A stretch of 53,070 nt of DNA from a virus (Duplodnaviria > Caudoviricetes), in the IMG/VR virus record IMGVR_UViG_3300020034_000020, positions 1 to 53,070 of that record, one strand, 5' to 3'. Shown one piece after another: positions 1 to 9,914 of the stretch. The notes below the pieces were generated by a model that saw only the letters and a list, made by a program, of their open reading frames with translations, was not told where the DNA came from and made no database searches. Numbering within the stretch: the stretch's first letter is position 1; every line of letters begins with the position of its first letter. The translations under genes were made by a program, and so were the position numbers.

Positions 1-79
1 GAAAACGTTTTGGTCTGCGGGCGCCCCACGCCTGGAAGAACCTCCTTAATCAGGAGCGCCCGCAGACCAAAACGTTTTC
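1..79. repeat. Perfect 24-bp inverted repeat at the contig end (1-24 / 56-79)
   Basis: GAAAACGTTTTGGTCTGCGGGCGC (1-24) is the exact reverse complement of 56-79. Confidence 0.95.
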
Positions 80-869
80 CATTCCCGCGGCGATGAACGA
101 AATCACCGAGCGCGCCCTCCATGTGGGCTTTGAATTTCAGGTTCGGATTGTCCTCCGCGGCAAAGGAAAGATTTTCCGCACGGTCGTCTACGCCTCGATG
201 CTCGATGAGGAGCAATTTGCCGACCGCGACGAGACATTTTCGGAGTGTATCCAAAACGACATTACTGGAAACGAAATCCAGTATAAACTGGAGCCGTCGC
301 TATGTCCGCCGCCGCCGTCACTTTTCCTTTTGGATACCACGGGGATTCTCGACCTTTGGGAAATGATCCCAGCGGCCAGTGGCGGCTATAGCTATGACCC
401 GGACGCGGGCCACCAGCAGGTTTTTCGCGGGGTTGCCCTTTGGGTTTCCACGGGCGGAACGAGCCGCACCCTTCTCCATGTTTGGGAGGAGTCAGACTTC
501 ACCCCCGGAGACATTCTCGATTACTCAGCGATCATTAAGGGCTATTCGGCGCCCGGGGTGGCGCGGGAAATCTTCTTCACTCTTCTTTATTTAACCGGCA
601 ACGGCGGCGACCCGCTCCGCGAACTGCCTACCCAGCCTGTTATCGAGACCAGTAACGGCGTCATCGGGGTTTCGAACATTGGCGACATCGACGCGGCGAT
701 TGAAGACTACGAGTTCATCGCCCTCATTCACTCGCCTCCTTTTACCTTCATAAGCTGGGCCGACAACATGGGCACCCTCACGATTGGCGACGTGACCGCG
801 GACGCCGCAACGACTCGGCTGAATATTTTCATGGCGAGCCTACCGCCTCCCTCGCCTCCCGCTGGCTAG
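21..869 (+). CDS. Probable C-terminal part of the tail tubular/nozzle protein starting at 51596
   Basis: The frame is open upstream of ATG 93 (APHAWKNLLNQERPQTKTFSIP). FEFQVRIVLRGKGKI resembles the end of podophage tail tubular B-type proteins. Confidence 0.7.
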   Translation, partial: APHAWKNLLNQERPQTKTFSIPAAMNEITERALHVGFEFQVRIVLRGKGKIFRTVVYASMLDEEQFADRDETFSECIQNDITGNEIQYKLEPSLCPPPPSLFLLDTTGILDLWEMIPAASGGYSYDPDAGHQQVFRGVALWVSTGGTSRTLLHVWEESDFTPGDILDYSAIIKGYSAPGVAREIFFTLLYLTGNGGDPLRELPTQPVIETSNGVIGVSNIGDIDAAIEDYEFIALIHSPPFTFISWADNMGTLTIGDVTADAATTRLNIFMASLPPPSPPAG

Positions 870-873
870 TTTT

Positions 874-1467
874 ATGATTTGCTTTATCGTCAACGTCTAC
901 AACGAGCCCGAGGCGCAAGTGGTGGCCCTCTTGGACGGACTGCGCACGCATTATCCTTTAGATAAAATCATCGTCTTGGAAGACGGTGCCCACGAGTACC
1001 CGGGCCTGGGCGACGATTTCCACAAGCGGTTCAATCACCGCAAAACGCCTAAATGGGGTGGCTTCTGGACCCATCGTTATCTGGACCAGGCGCTCCGCGC
1101 GTATCCGACCGAGCATTATATCAAGGTCGACCCGGACACGGCCATCGTGAAGGCCGCGACCAAGCTACCGGATGGTGAGGCGGTCTTTAGCGCCGTCTAC
1201 GCTCACGACCTGGGGCCAAAGGGTAAATGGTATGTCCCGCACGGGGGCGCCCTGGGCTTCACTTACGCCATGGCACGGCGCATCGTGGACGAGCGACTTA
1301 TGCTGAGTCTGGCCTTCTGTAGTAGCGGCGCCTACTGGTCGCACCACGATTTGATGCTCGCAGACGCGATTAAATCGAACCACCTGACGCTTGTCTCTCG
1401 CCCGGACTTTGATTGCGGCAAAACGCGGGCATTGGGGCCGGACACCACCTTCGCCCATACACATTAG
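874..1467 (+). CDS. GT-A-fold (GT2-like) glycosyltransferase
   Basis: N-terminal CFIVNVYNE, IIVLEDG, DxD motif YIKVDPD, and HGGALGF. Confidence 0.7.
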   Translation: MICFIVNVYNEPEAQVVALLDGLRTHYPLDKIIVLEDGAHEYPGLGDDFHKRFNHRKTPKWGGFWTHRYLDQALRAYPTEHYIKVDPDTAIVKAATKLPDGEAVFSAVYAHDLGPKGKWYVPHGGALGFTYAMARRIVDERLMLSLAFCSSGAYWSHHDLMLADAIKSNHLTLVSRPDFDCGKTRALGPDTTFAHTH

Positions 1468-1475
1468 AGTTGCTC

Positions 1476-1514
1476 AAGGGTATACCCTTTAGATATTGCC
1501 AAAGGTATACCTTT
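1476..1514. promoter_or_regulatory. Palindromic operator-like pair AAGGGTATACCCTT (1476-1489) and AAAGGTATACCTTT (1501-1514)
   Basis: Intergenic, immediately before ATG 1515; the motif recurs across the genome. Confidence 0.75.
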
Positions 1515-2327
1515 ATGGCGCTGAACGTTAATTTGCAGGCCCTATCCGTTCCGTTTGGAACGGAATTTCCGGGGACGGTCCAGGATTTCCTGGATTTGAT
1601 CGCCCAGTACATGGAGATCACGGGGCTGGAGGACTTCAACGGTGTCAACTATGGAAGCGTGGAGCCAGAGCCCGAGGACCGAGACAAAGCGTGGTTTAAG
1701 ACCGATGGGAGCGGGACCCCTTTAGGGTGGTATACGTGGAATGGGACGGCCTGGGTGGTTCTTCCGGCGAAAGCCACGGTGGGCACGATTGCCGAGCGGG
1801 ACCTCATTACCGCGCCCCAAGACGGGCAAATGTTTCAGGTCATCGGCACCGGCCTTTACGTGTGGAGCGAAAGTGAATCAGCCTGGGACCCGAGTTTCCC
1901 GGCCTCGATTGCGCCCCAGGCCTATGATCGGAGCTTCTTTTTCGACTCCTATCAGCAGCTAGCCGTCATCAGTGGCTCGGTCGCTGCTTGGACGGCCATC
2001 GACCTGACGGACTTTATCACGGCCGCGGGTCTCACGACGGTCAAGGGCGCCTATCTCTCAGTCGAGACGGCCTTCCCAGACCAGGGCTTTGGGGGACCAG
2101 CAAACTTTAACGTCACCTTGCGCGTGAGCCAAGACAACACCGTTTCGACGTCGTCCAACTCGCTCCTCAAGGCGGTTGCCCAAGGAACTCGCGACGACTC
2201 GCGGACGAGCGCCGCTGCGCAGAATTCGGGCGTCGTGCCACTGCCGACGAATAATGTCTACTATTGCTCTTCCTCCACGGCCTCGGGGGCGAGCGGAACG
2301 CTGTGGTTGGCAGGATTTGTATACTGA
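1515..2327 (+). CDS. Virion tail/fibre-associated protein
   Basis: ATG 1515 follows the palindromes. NYGSVEPEPEDRDKAWF and WYTWNGTAW are fibre-type motifs; position in the tail module. Confidence 0.65.
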   Translation: MALNVNLQALSVPFGTEFPGTVQDFLDLIAQYMEITGLEDFNGVNYGSVEPEPEDRDKAWFKTDGSGTPLGWYTWNGTAWVVLPAKATVGTIAERDLITAPQDGQMFQVIGTGLYVWSESESAWDPSFPASIAPQAYDRSFFFDSYQQLAVISGSVAAWTAIDLTDFITAAGLTTVKGAYLSVETAFPDQGFGGPANFNVTLRVSQDNTVSTSSNSLLKAVAQGTRDDSRTSAAAQNSGVVPLPTNNVYYCSSSTASGASGTLWLAGFVY

Positions 2328-2944
2328 TGCTTCCTTCCTTCCATGTCGTCGATGAGTTTTGCGAGCGGATAAACGACGTTCGCCAGTCCGCGCTGGACTC
2401 GGGCTTTGGTACTTGGGCGCCGAATAAAGGACTCGTCGGAAGTTCAGTTTATCAAGGAATGTCTTTTTGGGGTTCGCATGCTTTGATGCTCCACGCCCTG
2501 GCCGGCGCGGTTGGCGGGGCCGTCTTCCCCAACGCGATGTTCTTTCGCAATACGAATAAGGAAACCGAAAAAGCCTATATCCACTCTGACCGCCACAGCG
2601 GAAATCACACGTGCATCGCGTACCTTTCCAAACACGCCGAAAATACCGGCACCGCGTTTTGGCGCCACCGGCACACCGGACTCACGTTCATGCCGCCTTT
2701 CGAAGAGCAAAAGGCGAAGGGTATTTTCGAGGAGCTCAAGGAAGACATGGTGACCGGCGACCCGGACAAATGGGAGCAACTCGATTACGTGAGAGCGGTA
2801 TTCAATCGTGCACTACTGTTTCAGGCCCCTTTATTTCACTCACGTTGGCCTTTGAGTGGGTTTGGTGAGGGCGAACGAGGCGAAGACCGCCTCGTCTGGG
2901 CCGCGCACTACTTTAAAGTAAACTCTCAAGGGGGCCTCTACTAA
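2327..2944 (+). CDS. 2OG-Fe(II) oxygenase-like protein (DUF6445-like)
   Basis: HxD...H triad (IHSD ... LFHSR), YLS..GT.FW, FNRALLF; start coupled to the upstream stop. Confidence 0.7.
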   Translation: MLPSFHVVDEFCERINDVRQSALDSGFGTWAPNKGLVGSSVYQGMSFWGSHALMLHALAGAVGGAVFPNAMFFRNTNKETEKAYIHSDRHSGNHTCIAYLSKHAENTGTAFWRHRHTGLTFMPPFEEQKAKGIFEELKEDMVTGDPDKWEQLDYVRAVFNRALLFQAPLFHSRWPLSGFGEGERGEDRLVWAAHYFKVNSQGGLY

Positions 2945-3327
2945 TGACCGACTTTGATAAATTTCTCGAAGAGGAGCGCCTGACGCCCGAGGCGCTGGAG
3001 CACGCGAAGGCCGTCGTTCATTTCGATAAATGGTTTCCCGCTAGTGAACTCCTCTTAGAAATTAAGCCGTCGCCGATCGAGGGCGTGGGTGTATTCGCCA
3101 AAGTTAATCTGGAGGAGGGGACCAACGTCGGCACGGGCCGAATTCTGGGACACTGGACGGAGCTCGGCCGCTTTATGAATCACGACGCAAACCCCAACTC
3201 CGTCCCGGTCATGACAGAGCCTGGGAAGATGGATTTTCTCACGACTAAATTTATCGGTGTGGGCGAAGAGCTCACTTGTGAATACCGCAACATCAAAGCC
3301 GTTCTCTTGGGAGGGCCACAACCATGA
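2944..3327 (+). CDS. SET-domain protein-lysine methyltransferase
   Basis: SPIEGVGVFA, RFMNHDANPN and GEELTCEY match the canonical SET motifs. Confidence 0.88.
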   Translation: MTDFDKFLEEERLTPEALEHAKAVVHFDKWFPASELLLEIKPSPIEGVGVFAKVNLEEGTNVGTGRILGHWTELGRFMNHDANPNSVPVMTEPGKMDFLTTKFIGVGEELTCEYRNIKAVLLGGPQP

Positions 3328-4115
3328 GCGAAATCTGGGCCGCCGCCGCGGCAGTAGTCGCCGCCGGGGCGTCCGCGTATGGCACTTATCAATCCGGCCA
3401 GAATGCGAAAGCGGCAGCCGGAAAGCAAGCTCCTGGCCTCGATATAGCCCAAGTCACAAAGGACTCCGCCGTGGGCAATATCCAAGCTGAGCCGGACATC
3501 GAGGCCCTCATTCACTCCGCCAATAAGTTTAACGAAAAGGAAAACCTTTCCCTCCTCGAAAAAGCCATTCCTGGATACAGCAAAATCCAGGGCAATCTCT
3601 CCACCTTGGCGCAAAACGCTTCAGCCGACCCCTACGCGTTACCCCAGGGCGTTGCCGATAATCTCACCCGTCTCGCGGCGGAGCGCGGAATTTCTACCGG
3701 CGTGCGCGGGCAAGCCCAAGACTTCTCTCTTCTCCGTGACTTCGGCGTAAACGAGTTGGCCTACGGTCAGCAGAATATTGCCAATACCCAGTCCATCTTA
3801 GGCACGCTCGCGGGCCTGGGAAAAGTGAGCCCCCTTTCGCCCCTTTCGTTTTACTCGACTCCCGGGCAAGCCCTCGGGGCTAGTGCTACGAACATGAGTG
3901 CCAATCAGGCCGGGATCAACGCGCAGAATGCTGCGAGTCAGTACGCAACGGATAGCAGTTGGGCCGGGATATCGAAACTTGCGGGAGCGGCAGCGACCTA
4001 CGGGCAAAACTACAACGCCAACCAACAGACCCAGCAGCAGGCGTTAAACAATAGCTTCAGCCTCTCTAGCGCTAATCAGCCGTCCTTTAATTCCTCGATG
4101 TTCACGGGACCTTAA
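3324..4115 (+). CDS. Internal virion (ejection/pilot) protein 1
   Basis: Ala/Gly-rich hydrophobic N-terminus, Q/N/A-rich body, first of three genes of increasing size. Confidence 0.72.
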   Translation: MSEIWAAAAAVVAAGASAYGTYQSGQNAKAAAGKQAPGLDIAQVTKDSAVGNIQAEPDIEALIHSANKFNEKENLSLLEKAIPGYSKIQGNLSTLAQNASADPYALPQGVADNLTRLAAERGISTGVRGQAQDFSLLRDFGVNELAYGQQNIANTQSILGTLAGLGKVSPLSPLSFYSTPGQALGASATNMSANQAGINAQNAASQYATDSSWAGISKLAGAAATYGQNYNANQQTQQQALNNSFSLSSANQPSFNSSMFTGP

Positions 4116-4121
4116 AACGCC

Positions 4122-5279
4122 ATGGCCGAAGCACAGTTTACTCCCTATCTTCCTCCTGGCGGCATTGTCGACGCCGCTTTCTCCGGGGCGAGTCAAATGC
4201 AGTCCTTGATGGCGCATGGTCAGCAAATGCGCGAGAGCGCCGAGCAAGCCCAACGCGCAAAGGAGATTTACGAAGTGGGCCGCCCCGTGATGGAGGCGAA
4301 GGCGCAGGCGGATTTAGCAGTCGCACAGGGCACACTCTACAACGCGCGCCAAGTACAACAGTTGCGTGCGCAGTTCGGGCAAGCCTCAAAAGACGCCGGA
4401 GCCGAATACCAGAAGGCCATGCAGCTCCCGACCTACGAACAGCAGGCCAATGCGCTTTCAGATGTCGCGCAGAAGTATTCCTATTTCGAACTTTTCCCTG
4501 AAGGTAAGGCGTTCATGGATACAATCCAAAACAAGGGACTTCAGCAGACCCATTACGGGATTTTAGATACCCAGAATCGCGCCGCCCTCGCCCGGGAACA
4601 ACAGCGCTTCGAGGACGAGACAGCCCTCACGATTACCAAGGGTGACGAAGCCCGCAAGACCAACGCCGCTTACGGCAAGGGTGAGAGCAAAAACGAGAAG
4701 GACATGCGTTTAGTTCAATCCCTCCGCGACCAGGGACGCACCGATGACGCCAACGCTTTAGTTAATGGGTTGAAGGGCGGAAGAGGTGGAAAGCCCAGTG
4801 CCGACATCCAGCTCGTGGACCGCATTGCCGAGGAGACTCGTAACCCAAATGGGGACCCCGAGGTTCTTGCGCTACTCAAGGCCCGATTGCGCAAAAGTGC
4901 TCAGTGGGCGCCCCACCTGGCAGAGTTCGAGGCGAATCAAAATGAGGTCGAAAAGGCGACGGCTGAAGGGAATATCCCTCGGGCTGATGCCTTCGAAGCC
5001 CGCAACCGAGCCCTCGCTTTCAAGGCCGAACTTCCCGACACGTATCCCACGCGCGACAAGCCCGAAGAGAAAAAAACCACCATACTCGAAGATGTGCTTG
5101 GCGGCGTGAAGAAAATCAAAGCGGCGTTTAGCTCTGACCCGATTCCCGCGCCGAGTCCTCCAGCCGCGCCCGCGAACACGAAAACCGTGAAGATCGAAGG
5201 CAAAGACTATCCCGTTTACACGGACGCCAAGGGCAACCGCGCCTATCACAAAGACGGGAAGTATTACCCGATTCCCTGA
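4122..5279 (+). CDS. Internal virion (ejection) protein 2
   Basis: Helical, Q/A/E/K-rich; position between ejection proteins 1 and 3. Confidence 0.65.
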   Translation: MAEAQFTPYLPPGGIVDAAFSGASQMQSLMAHGQQMRESAEQAQRAKEIYEVGRPVMEAKAQADLAVAQGTLYNARQVQQLRAQFGQASKDAGAEYQKAMQLPTYEQQANALSDVAQKYSYFELFPEGKAFMDTIQNKGLQQTHYGILDTQNRAALAREQQRFEDETALTITKGDEARKTNAAYGKGESKNEKDMRLVQSLRDQGRTDDANALVNGLKGGRGGKPSADIQLVDRIAEETRNPNGDPEVLALLKARLRKSAQWAPHLAEFEANQNEVEKATAEGNIPRADAFEARNRALAFKAELPDTYPTRDKPEEKKTTILEDVLGGVKKIKAAFSSDPIPAPSPPAAPANTKTVKIEGKDYPVYTDAKGNRAYHKDGKYYPIP

Positions 5280-8200
5280 TGCCTTTCGACGCCTCAACCG
5301 CCACGTTGGAGGCCGAGCCTCAGGTGGCAGGCTTCGATCCTTCGACCGCAAAACCAGATACGTCCCAGGCTCAGGCCTTCGACCCTAAGACGGCCGCGCC
5401 GCTTAAAGAGGACGTTCCGGATACGGTTATCCGTTCCGCTCCATCGGAGGACGACCCGCTTAACCCGATGGGGGCGGGGCTGCGCGCAATTCGTAAAGCG
5501 CTTTCACCCCTTATCGGCAAAACCGAAGAAGAGCAATTGGTCGCGGGGGCCGAAAGACAGCGTCTCGAAAAACAGTTTCCACAAATCGCGCGTCACGCCG
5601 AGGAGACCGGCGGAAGCGAAATTGAGAAGAAGGGTTTTCTCGGCGGCGTGATGACCAATAAGAGCCCGTGGGCTTTGGCGGTGAACGATGGCGAGGCGGT
5701 CCGCGAAAAAGGAAACCCACTCGCCGAGGTACTCCTTGCGCCAAAAGAAAAAGATGACCCGACGTCGCTTAAGATCGCGAAGGCGCTCTACACCCCCATT
5801 GCGCATACGCTCAACGCGCTTTCTTCGCCGGCAGGCCTGGGCACGGCTGCGATTGGTGCGGGTGCCGAGGCGATCGCGGGCGCCAAATCAGGCCTCGCGG
5901 CCGTCGCTCCGGATTTTATTGGCGCGACTAAGTTGGGCGGTGAATCGGCCCCACTCCTTAAACAGGTTGAGGGCGCGGTTGCTGGGGTTTTCGCCTCGGA
6001 CATGGCGAGCGGGCTGGCGAGCAGTTTGCCGGGCGCCTATGCCAAATGGACCAACCCGGACGTTGACGCCCAGGAAAAAATCCAGGCCGGAGTGGAAATC
6101 ACCCTAAACGCAGCGATGGCCGGACTCGCGGGGGTTGGAGCCTATCGAGGATTAAAGCCCGCTGACGTGGCGGGAATGCGACCCACCGAGGCCGTGAAAG
6201 CGCTCGCTGAAACCTCGGGTAAAACCGTCGAGGAGGTTGCGACGGATGCGCATAAAAACTTTGAGGAGCTCATCGGCCCGAAACAGCCCGAGGAAAAGCA
6301 ATCGGAGTTCAATTTCGACCCCGGCACGGCCCTGCCGGATACGTCGTCGCCGGACGTCATGGCGCCGCCATCTTTCAAGTACGCCATTTGGCCCAAGGAA
6401 TATGGTGTAGCCCGCAGAGTCGACGTGACGCGCTACACTCCGGGTGAACAGCGTATTTCTGAGTCTCGTCTCCTAGAGGACTGGCAGAAGGAGCATCCCG
6501 ATTTGCCTATCCCTCACGAAGACCATCCGGAGGGCAATTTCACAGACGAGCAAGTCCGTGGTTTCGAACCGCGCGAAAAGGAAATCCTCGCCGAACAAGA
6601 CGCCGAATTTACTCCCGTTGGGCTAGGCGCCGCAACGCGCGAGGAGATGACGCCCAAGCCAAGTGTTACCGGCATTAAGAATGCCGACATTGACGCCGAC
6701 CGCGTGAGCCGGGGTCTACCCCCCTTGATGGACACGGCCCGCCGAGGCTGGGGTAAGGTCTGGGAGCAGGCCATGCAACGGATCGACGATTTCGCGAGCC
6801 GGGGCGAAGACGCCGCCAATGAGATTATTGCAAGCCAACTCGACAAGCCTTCGAATATTTCGGACGTCGAGCAGGCGATTCTCCTTCATCGACGGATCGA
6901 CCTAAAAAACCAATACGAGAAGGTCGCCGCGCGGCTGATCGAGGGACACGAAATTGGCAGCGAGGTAACTCTTGCCTCGGACCGTTTGCGAATCGCTCAA
7001 CTCGAAGACCAGCTCCAAGACCTCGAACAGGCCAACAAGGTTGGCGGTGCGGAGTCAGGCCGTGGACTCGCTGCCCGAAAGATGATGGCGCGGGAAGATT
7101 TTTCGCTCGTGAATATGCGGCTGCGAAGGCGTGCCAATAAAGGCGGGGCGCCTCTGACTGAGGCGGAGGGCGCGGAGGTTGAGGCGGCCCACAAGAAAAT
7201 CGTCAAGGCCCAGGAGGAACTCGACCTCCACGCCAAAGGCGGAACGGACACCGAGAGCGACGCGGCGGCAGACGAGGCCGTCGATCAAATTAAGAAGGAC
7301 GTGGGAAGTGAACCCGCCGAGAAAGCGAAGGATTTCGACCTCGATAAAGAGCGCGACCGGGCAATCGACAATATCAGAAAGCGAGTCGAGGACGACGCAT
7401 CGCCCGAGGACCTCACGGCCTTCATTCGCAAGCTCGCGGAGAATTTTGTCCGCCGTGGCGTCAATGAACGTAGTGCTTTAGTGGATGCAGTCCACGGCGT
7501 GATTAAAGATATCATTCCAGAGATGACGCCGCGCCAAGTCATGGATGCGATTTCTGGTTACGGCGATTTCAAGCCTCTCGACCAAGACGCGGTGAAGGTT
7601 CAGCTTCGCGACCTCAAGGGCCAAATGCAACAGGTCGCCAAGTTGGAGGACATGCAGAAGGGTCAAGCGCCGTCGAAAACCGGCGTGGAACGTCGCACCC
7701 CGAGCGACGAAGAGCGCCGCCTCATTAAGGAAGTAAACGAGATGAAGCGCAAAGGCGGCTTCAACGTCACGGACCCAGCGAAGCAATTAAAGAGCGCCCT
7801 GGACGGGATCAAAACTCGGCTCACAAATCAGATTGCGGACCTGACCCACCAAATCGAAACGCGCACGCGTATCGTTAAAACAAAAACGGCGGTGGCGCTC
7901 GATGCGGCGGCCGAAGCGCTCACAAAGCAACGCGACGCCCTAAAGGAGCAGTTCGATCAGATTTTCCAAAAGCCGGAGCTGACAGACGCGCAACGACTCG
8001 CCCTGGCCGAGAAAACGGCGGACCGTCAAATCACGGAGCTCGAAAGGCAGCTCCGAAACCGCGAGGTGTTTCCATCCGCGAAAACGCCGGAACTGGAAAG
8101 TGCGGCCCTCGAAGCGAAACGTGCCCGCATCGAAGCACTGAAAGAGGAACGAGAGAATATCCGCGATAGCATCCAGCCTGGGCGTCTCAACGAAGGGCGG

Positions 8201-9760
8201 CTCGGGGCATTGAAGTCGCGCCTGACAAATCGCATCGCCGAACTCCAGGAGCGTCTTGCTAATTCCGATTTCGGACCGCGCCCAAAACGCACGCCAATTG
8301 AAATGGACGCCGAAGCGGAACGGCTCCAAGCGGCGGCGACTCGCGCGAAACAGGAATTCGAAACAGCGCTCCTTAAAGACCGCTTAGCGAATCGTCCGAT
8401 GCTGCAAAAGATGAAGGATACCTTCGTCAAATGGCAGCGCGGTTTCCTTCTCTCTGGGCCAATCACGCTCTTTAAACTCACGGCCGCCGCCGGGGTCCGG
8501 ATGGCTTCGAGTGCGGCAGAGGAAGGGGTTGGCGGGGTGATTTCCAAGGCACTCCCGTCAGTGGCTGAACAGGCACCGCGCGAAGGCGGCCTCAGCCTGA
8601 AGGCCGAAGCGAAAGCTATTTCCTCAGCCCTCACCCAGGGCATGCGAGACGCGGCGCAAACGCTCAAAACCGGGAGGAGCGACCTCGATGTGAATTATGG
8701 GAAAGGCAAAGACGGCGCCGTTCGGGAAAGCGATGTTTTGCCGCGCTCGATGATCGACTTTTTTGGTGCTCTCCATGGCGCCCTCAAAGCCCCGGTGAAG
8801 CGCGCGGAATTTGAGCGTTCACTACAAAAGCGCATCGAGAGCTATCTAAAGAATAACGCCGATCTCACCGACCCGGCGGTCCAGGTAAAGGCCATGCTGG
8901 AGACCTTTAAGCAGGAGGCTTATAAAGACGCCTCTCGCTCGATTTTCCTCCAAGACAATGTCCTCGTTGACATGGTCAATAGCTTCATTGGGCGCGGCGA
9001 ACAACCGCTTAAAGCCACCGGCAAACCGAGCCCCGGAGGGACGGTGGCGGCAGGTGTAGCGCGCGGGCTGTTCCCGATTGTCCGCGTGCCGCTGAATATC
9101 GTTGCGGAGACCGTCCAGTATGCGACGGGGCTTTATACTGGCTCGGGGCGGCTTGGCCTGGCGTTCCGCCGCGGGATCGAAAACCTCTCTCCGGAACAAG
9201 CTGACTTGATAATGCGGGACCTAAAGAAGGGCATTATAGGAACTACCGCTTTGGTTCTTGGATACGCCTATGCCGACCAGGTGGGCGGCTATTATACAGG
9301 CGAGAAACCAAAGCTCACCGCTGCGAAATTCGGCACCATTAAATTTCTCGGCTACAATATTCCGAGTTTCCTTCTTCACAGTCCTCTTTTGGAAGCCGCC
9401 CAAATCGGTGCGACCATTCGCCACGTTCTCGATAAGAAGATTCGCGGAGCGGATCAAAGTCTGGGCTCTGCCGTCTGGATGTCTGCGCTCGGTCTCGCGG
9501 ACGAAACGCCCTTTGGACACAGTGCTTCGACGGTTGCACGGCTCCTCGACCCACGGGAGACCTCGAAGGCTGGGGGTGAAATCGCGAAGTCAACCCTCGT
9601 CCCTCAACTCGTTTCAAACATCGCCGAAGGGCTAGACCGCGACGCCAAAGGTGTAATTCCGCGAAAAACCGAGGGGCCGGTGACGGCCATCGAATCCGGT
9701 ATTCCCGGGCTCCGCGAAACCCTTCCCGTCGACCAGCGCCGCGCGAACCGCCGCCAATAA
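5279..9760 (+). CDS. Large internal virion (ejection) protein 3, 1493 aa
   Basis: Size, coiled coils, hydrophobic C-terminal segments, last gene of the structural module. Confidence 0.7.
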   Translation: MPFDASTATLEAEPQVAGFDPSTAKPDTSQAQAFDPKTAAPLKEDVPDTVIRSAPSEDDPLNPMGAGLRAIRKALSPLIGKTEEEQLVAGAERQRLEKQFPQIARHAEETGGSEIEKKGFLGGVMTNKSPWALAVNDGEAVREKGNPLAEVLLAPKEKDDPTSLKIAKALYTPIAHTLNALSSPAGLGTAAIGAGAEAIAGAKSGLAAVAPDFIGATKLGGESAPLLKQVEGAVAGVFASDMASGLASSLPGAYAKWTNPDVDAQEKIQAGVEITLNAAMAGLAGVGAYRGLKPADVAGMRPTEAVKALAETSGKTVEEVATDAHKNFEELIGPKQPEEKQSEFNFDPGTALPDTSSPDVMAPPSFKYAIWPKEYGVARRVDVTRYTPGEQRISESRLLEDWQKEHPDLPIPHEDHPEGNFTDEQVRGFEPREKEILAEQDAEFTPVGLGAATREEMTPKPSVTGIKNADIDADRVSRGLPPLMDTARRGWGKVWEQAMQRIDDFASRGEDAANEIIASQLDKPSNISDVEQAILLHRRIDLKNQYEKVAARLIEGHEIGSEVTLASDRLRIAQLEDQLQDLEQANKVGGAESGRGLAARKMMAREDFSLVNMRLRRRANKGGAPLTEAEGAEVEAAHKKIVKAQEELDLHAKGGTDTESDAAADEAVDQIKKDVGSEPAEKAKDFDLDKERDRAIDNIRKRVEDDASPEDLTAFIRKLAENFVRRGVNERSALVDAVHGVIKDIIPEMTPRQVMDAISGYGDFKPLDQDAVKVQLRDLKGQMQQVAKLEDMQKGQAPSKTGVERRTPSDEERRLIKEVNEMKRKGGFNVTDPAKQLKSALDGIKTRLTNQIADLTHQIETRTRIVKTKTAVALDAAAEALTKQRDALKEQFDQIFQKPELTDAQRLALAEKTADRQITELERQLRNREVFPSAKTPELESAALEAKRARIEALKEERENIRDSIQPGRLNEGRLGALKSRLTNRIAELQERLANSDFGPRPKRTPIEMDAEAERLQAAATRAKQEFETALLKDRLANRPMLQKMKDTFVKWQRGFLLSGPITLFKLTAAAGVRMASSAAEEGVGGVISKALPSVAEQAPREGGLSLKAEAKAISSALTQGMRDAAQTLKTGRSDLDVNYGKGKDGAVRESDVLPRSMIDFFGALHGALKAPVKRAEFERSLQKRIESYLKNNADLTDPAVQVKAMLETFKQEAYKDASRSIFLQDNVLVDMVNSFIGRGEQPLKATGKPSPGGTVAAGVARGLFPIVRVPLNIVAETVQYATGLYTGSGRLGLAFRRGIENLSPEQADLIMRDLKKGIIGTTALVLGYAYADQVGGYYTGEKPKLTAAKFGTIKFLGYNIPSFLLHSPLLEAAQIGATIRHVLDKKIRGADQSLGSAVWMSALGLADETPFGHSASTVARLLDPRETSKAGGEIAKSTLVPQLVSNIAEGLDRDAKGVIPRKTEGPVTAIESGIPGLRETLPVDQRRANRRQ

Positions 9761-9768
9761 TTTTCCTT

Positions 9769-9909
9769 ATGAGCTCAAATCAACAATCCAAACTATATTC
9801 GGGCAAAGGCAAGAAGCCTGCCGCCCTCGTTCGCAGTACCGCCAAATCCAAGGCCCTCCGTGCGAAAAACACGGACCCGATGTGTCTTATTAAGTGCAAA
9901 CAAAAATAA
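9769..9909 (+). CDS. Small basic protein, 46 aa (not in the ORF track)
   Basis: MSSNQQSKLYSGKGKKPAALVRSTAKSKALRAKNTDPMCLIKCKQK fills the gap between the flanking genes. Confidence 0.55.
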   Translation: MSSNQQSKLYSGKGKKPAALVRSTAKSKALRAKNTDPMCLIKCKQK

Positions 9910-9914
9910 CCCCT

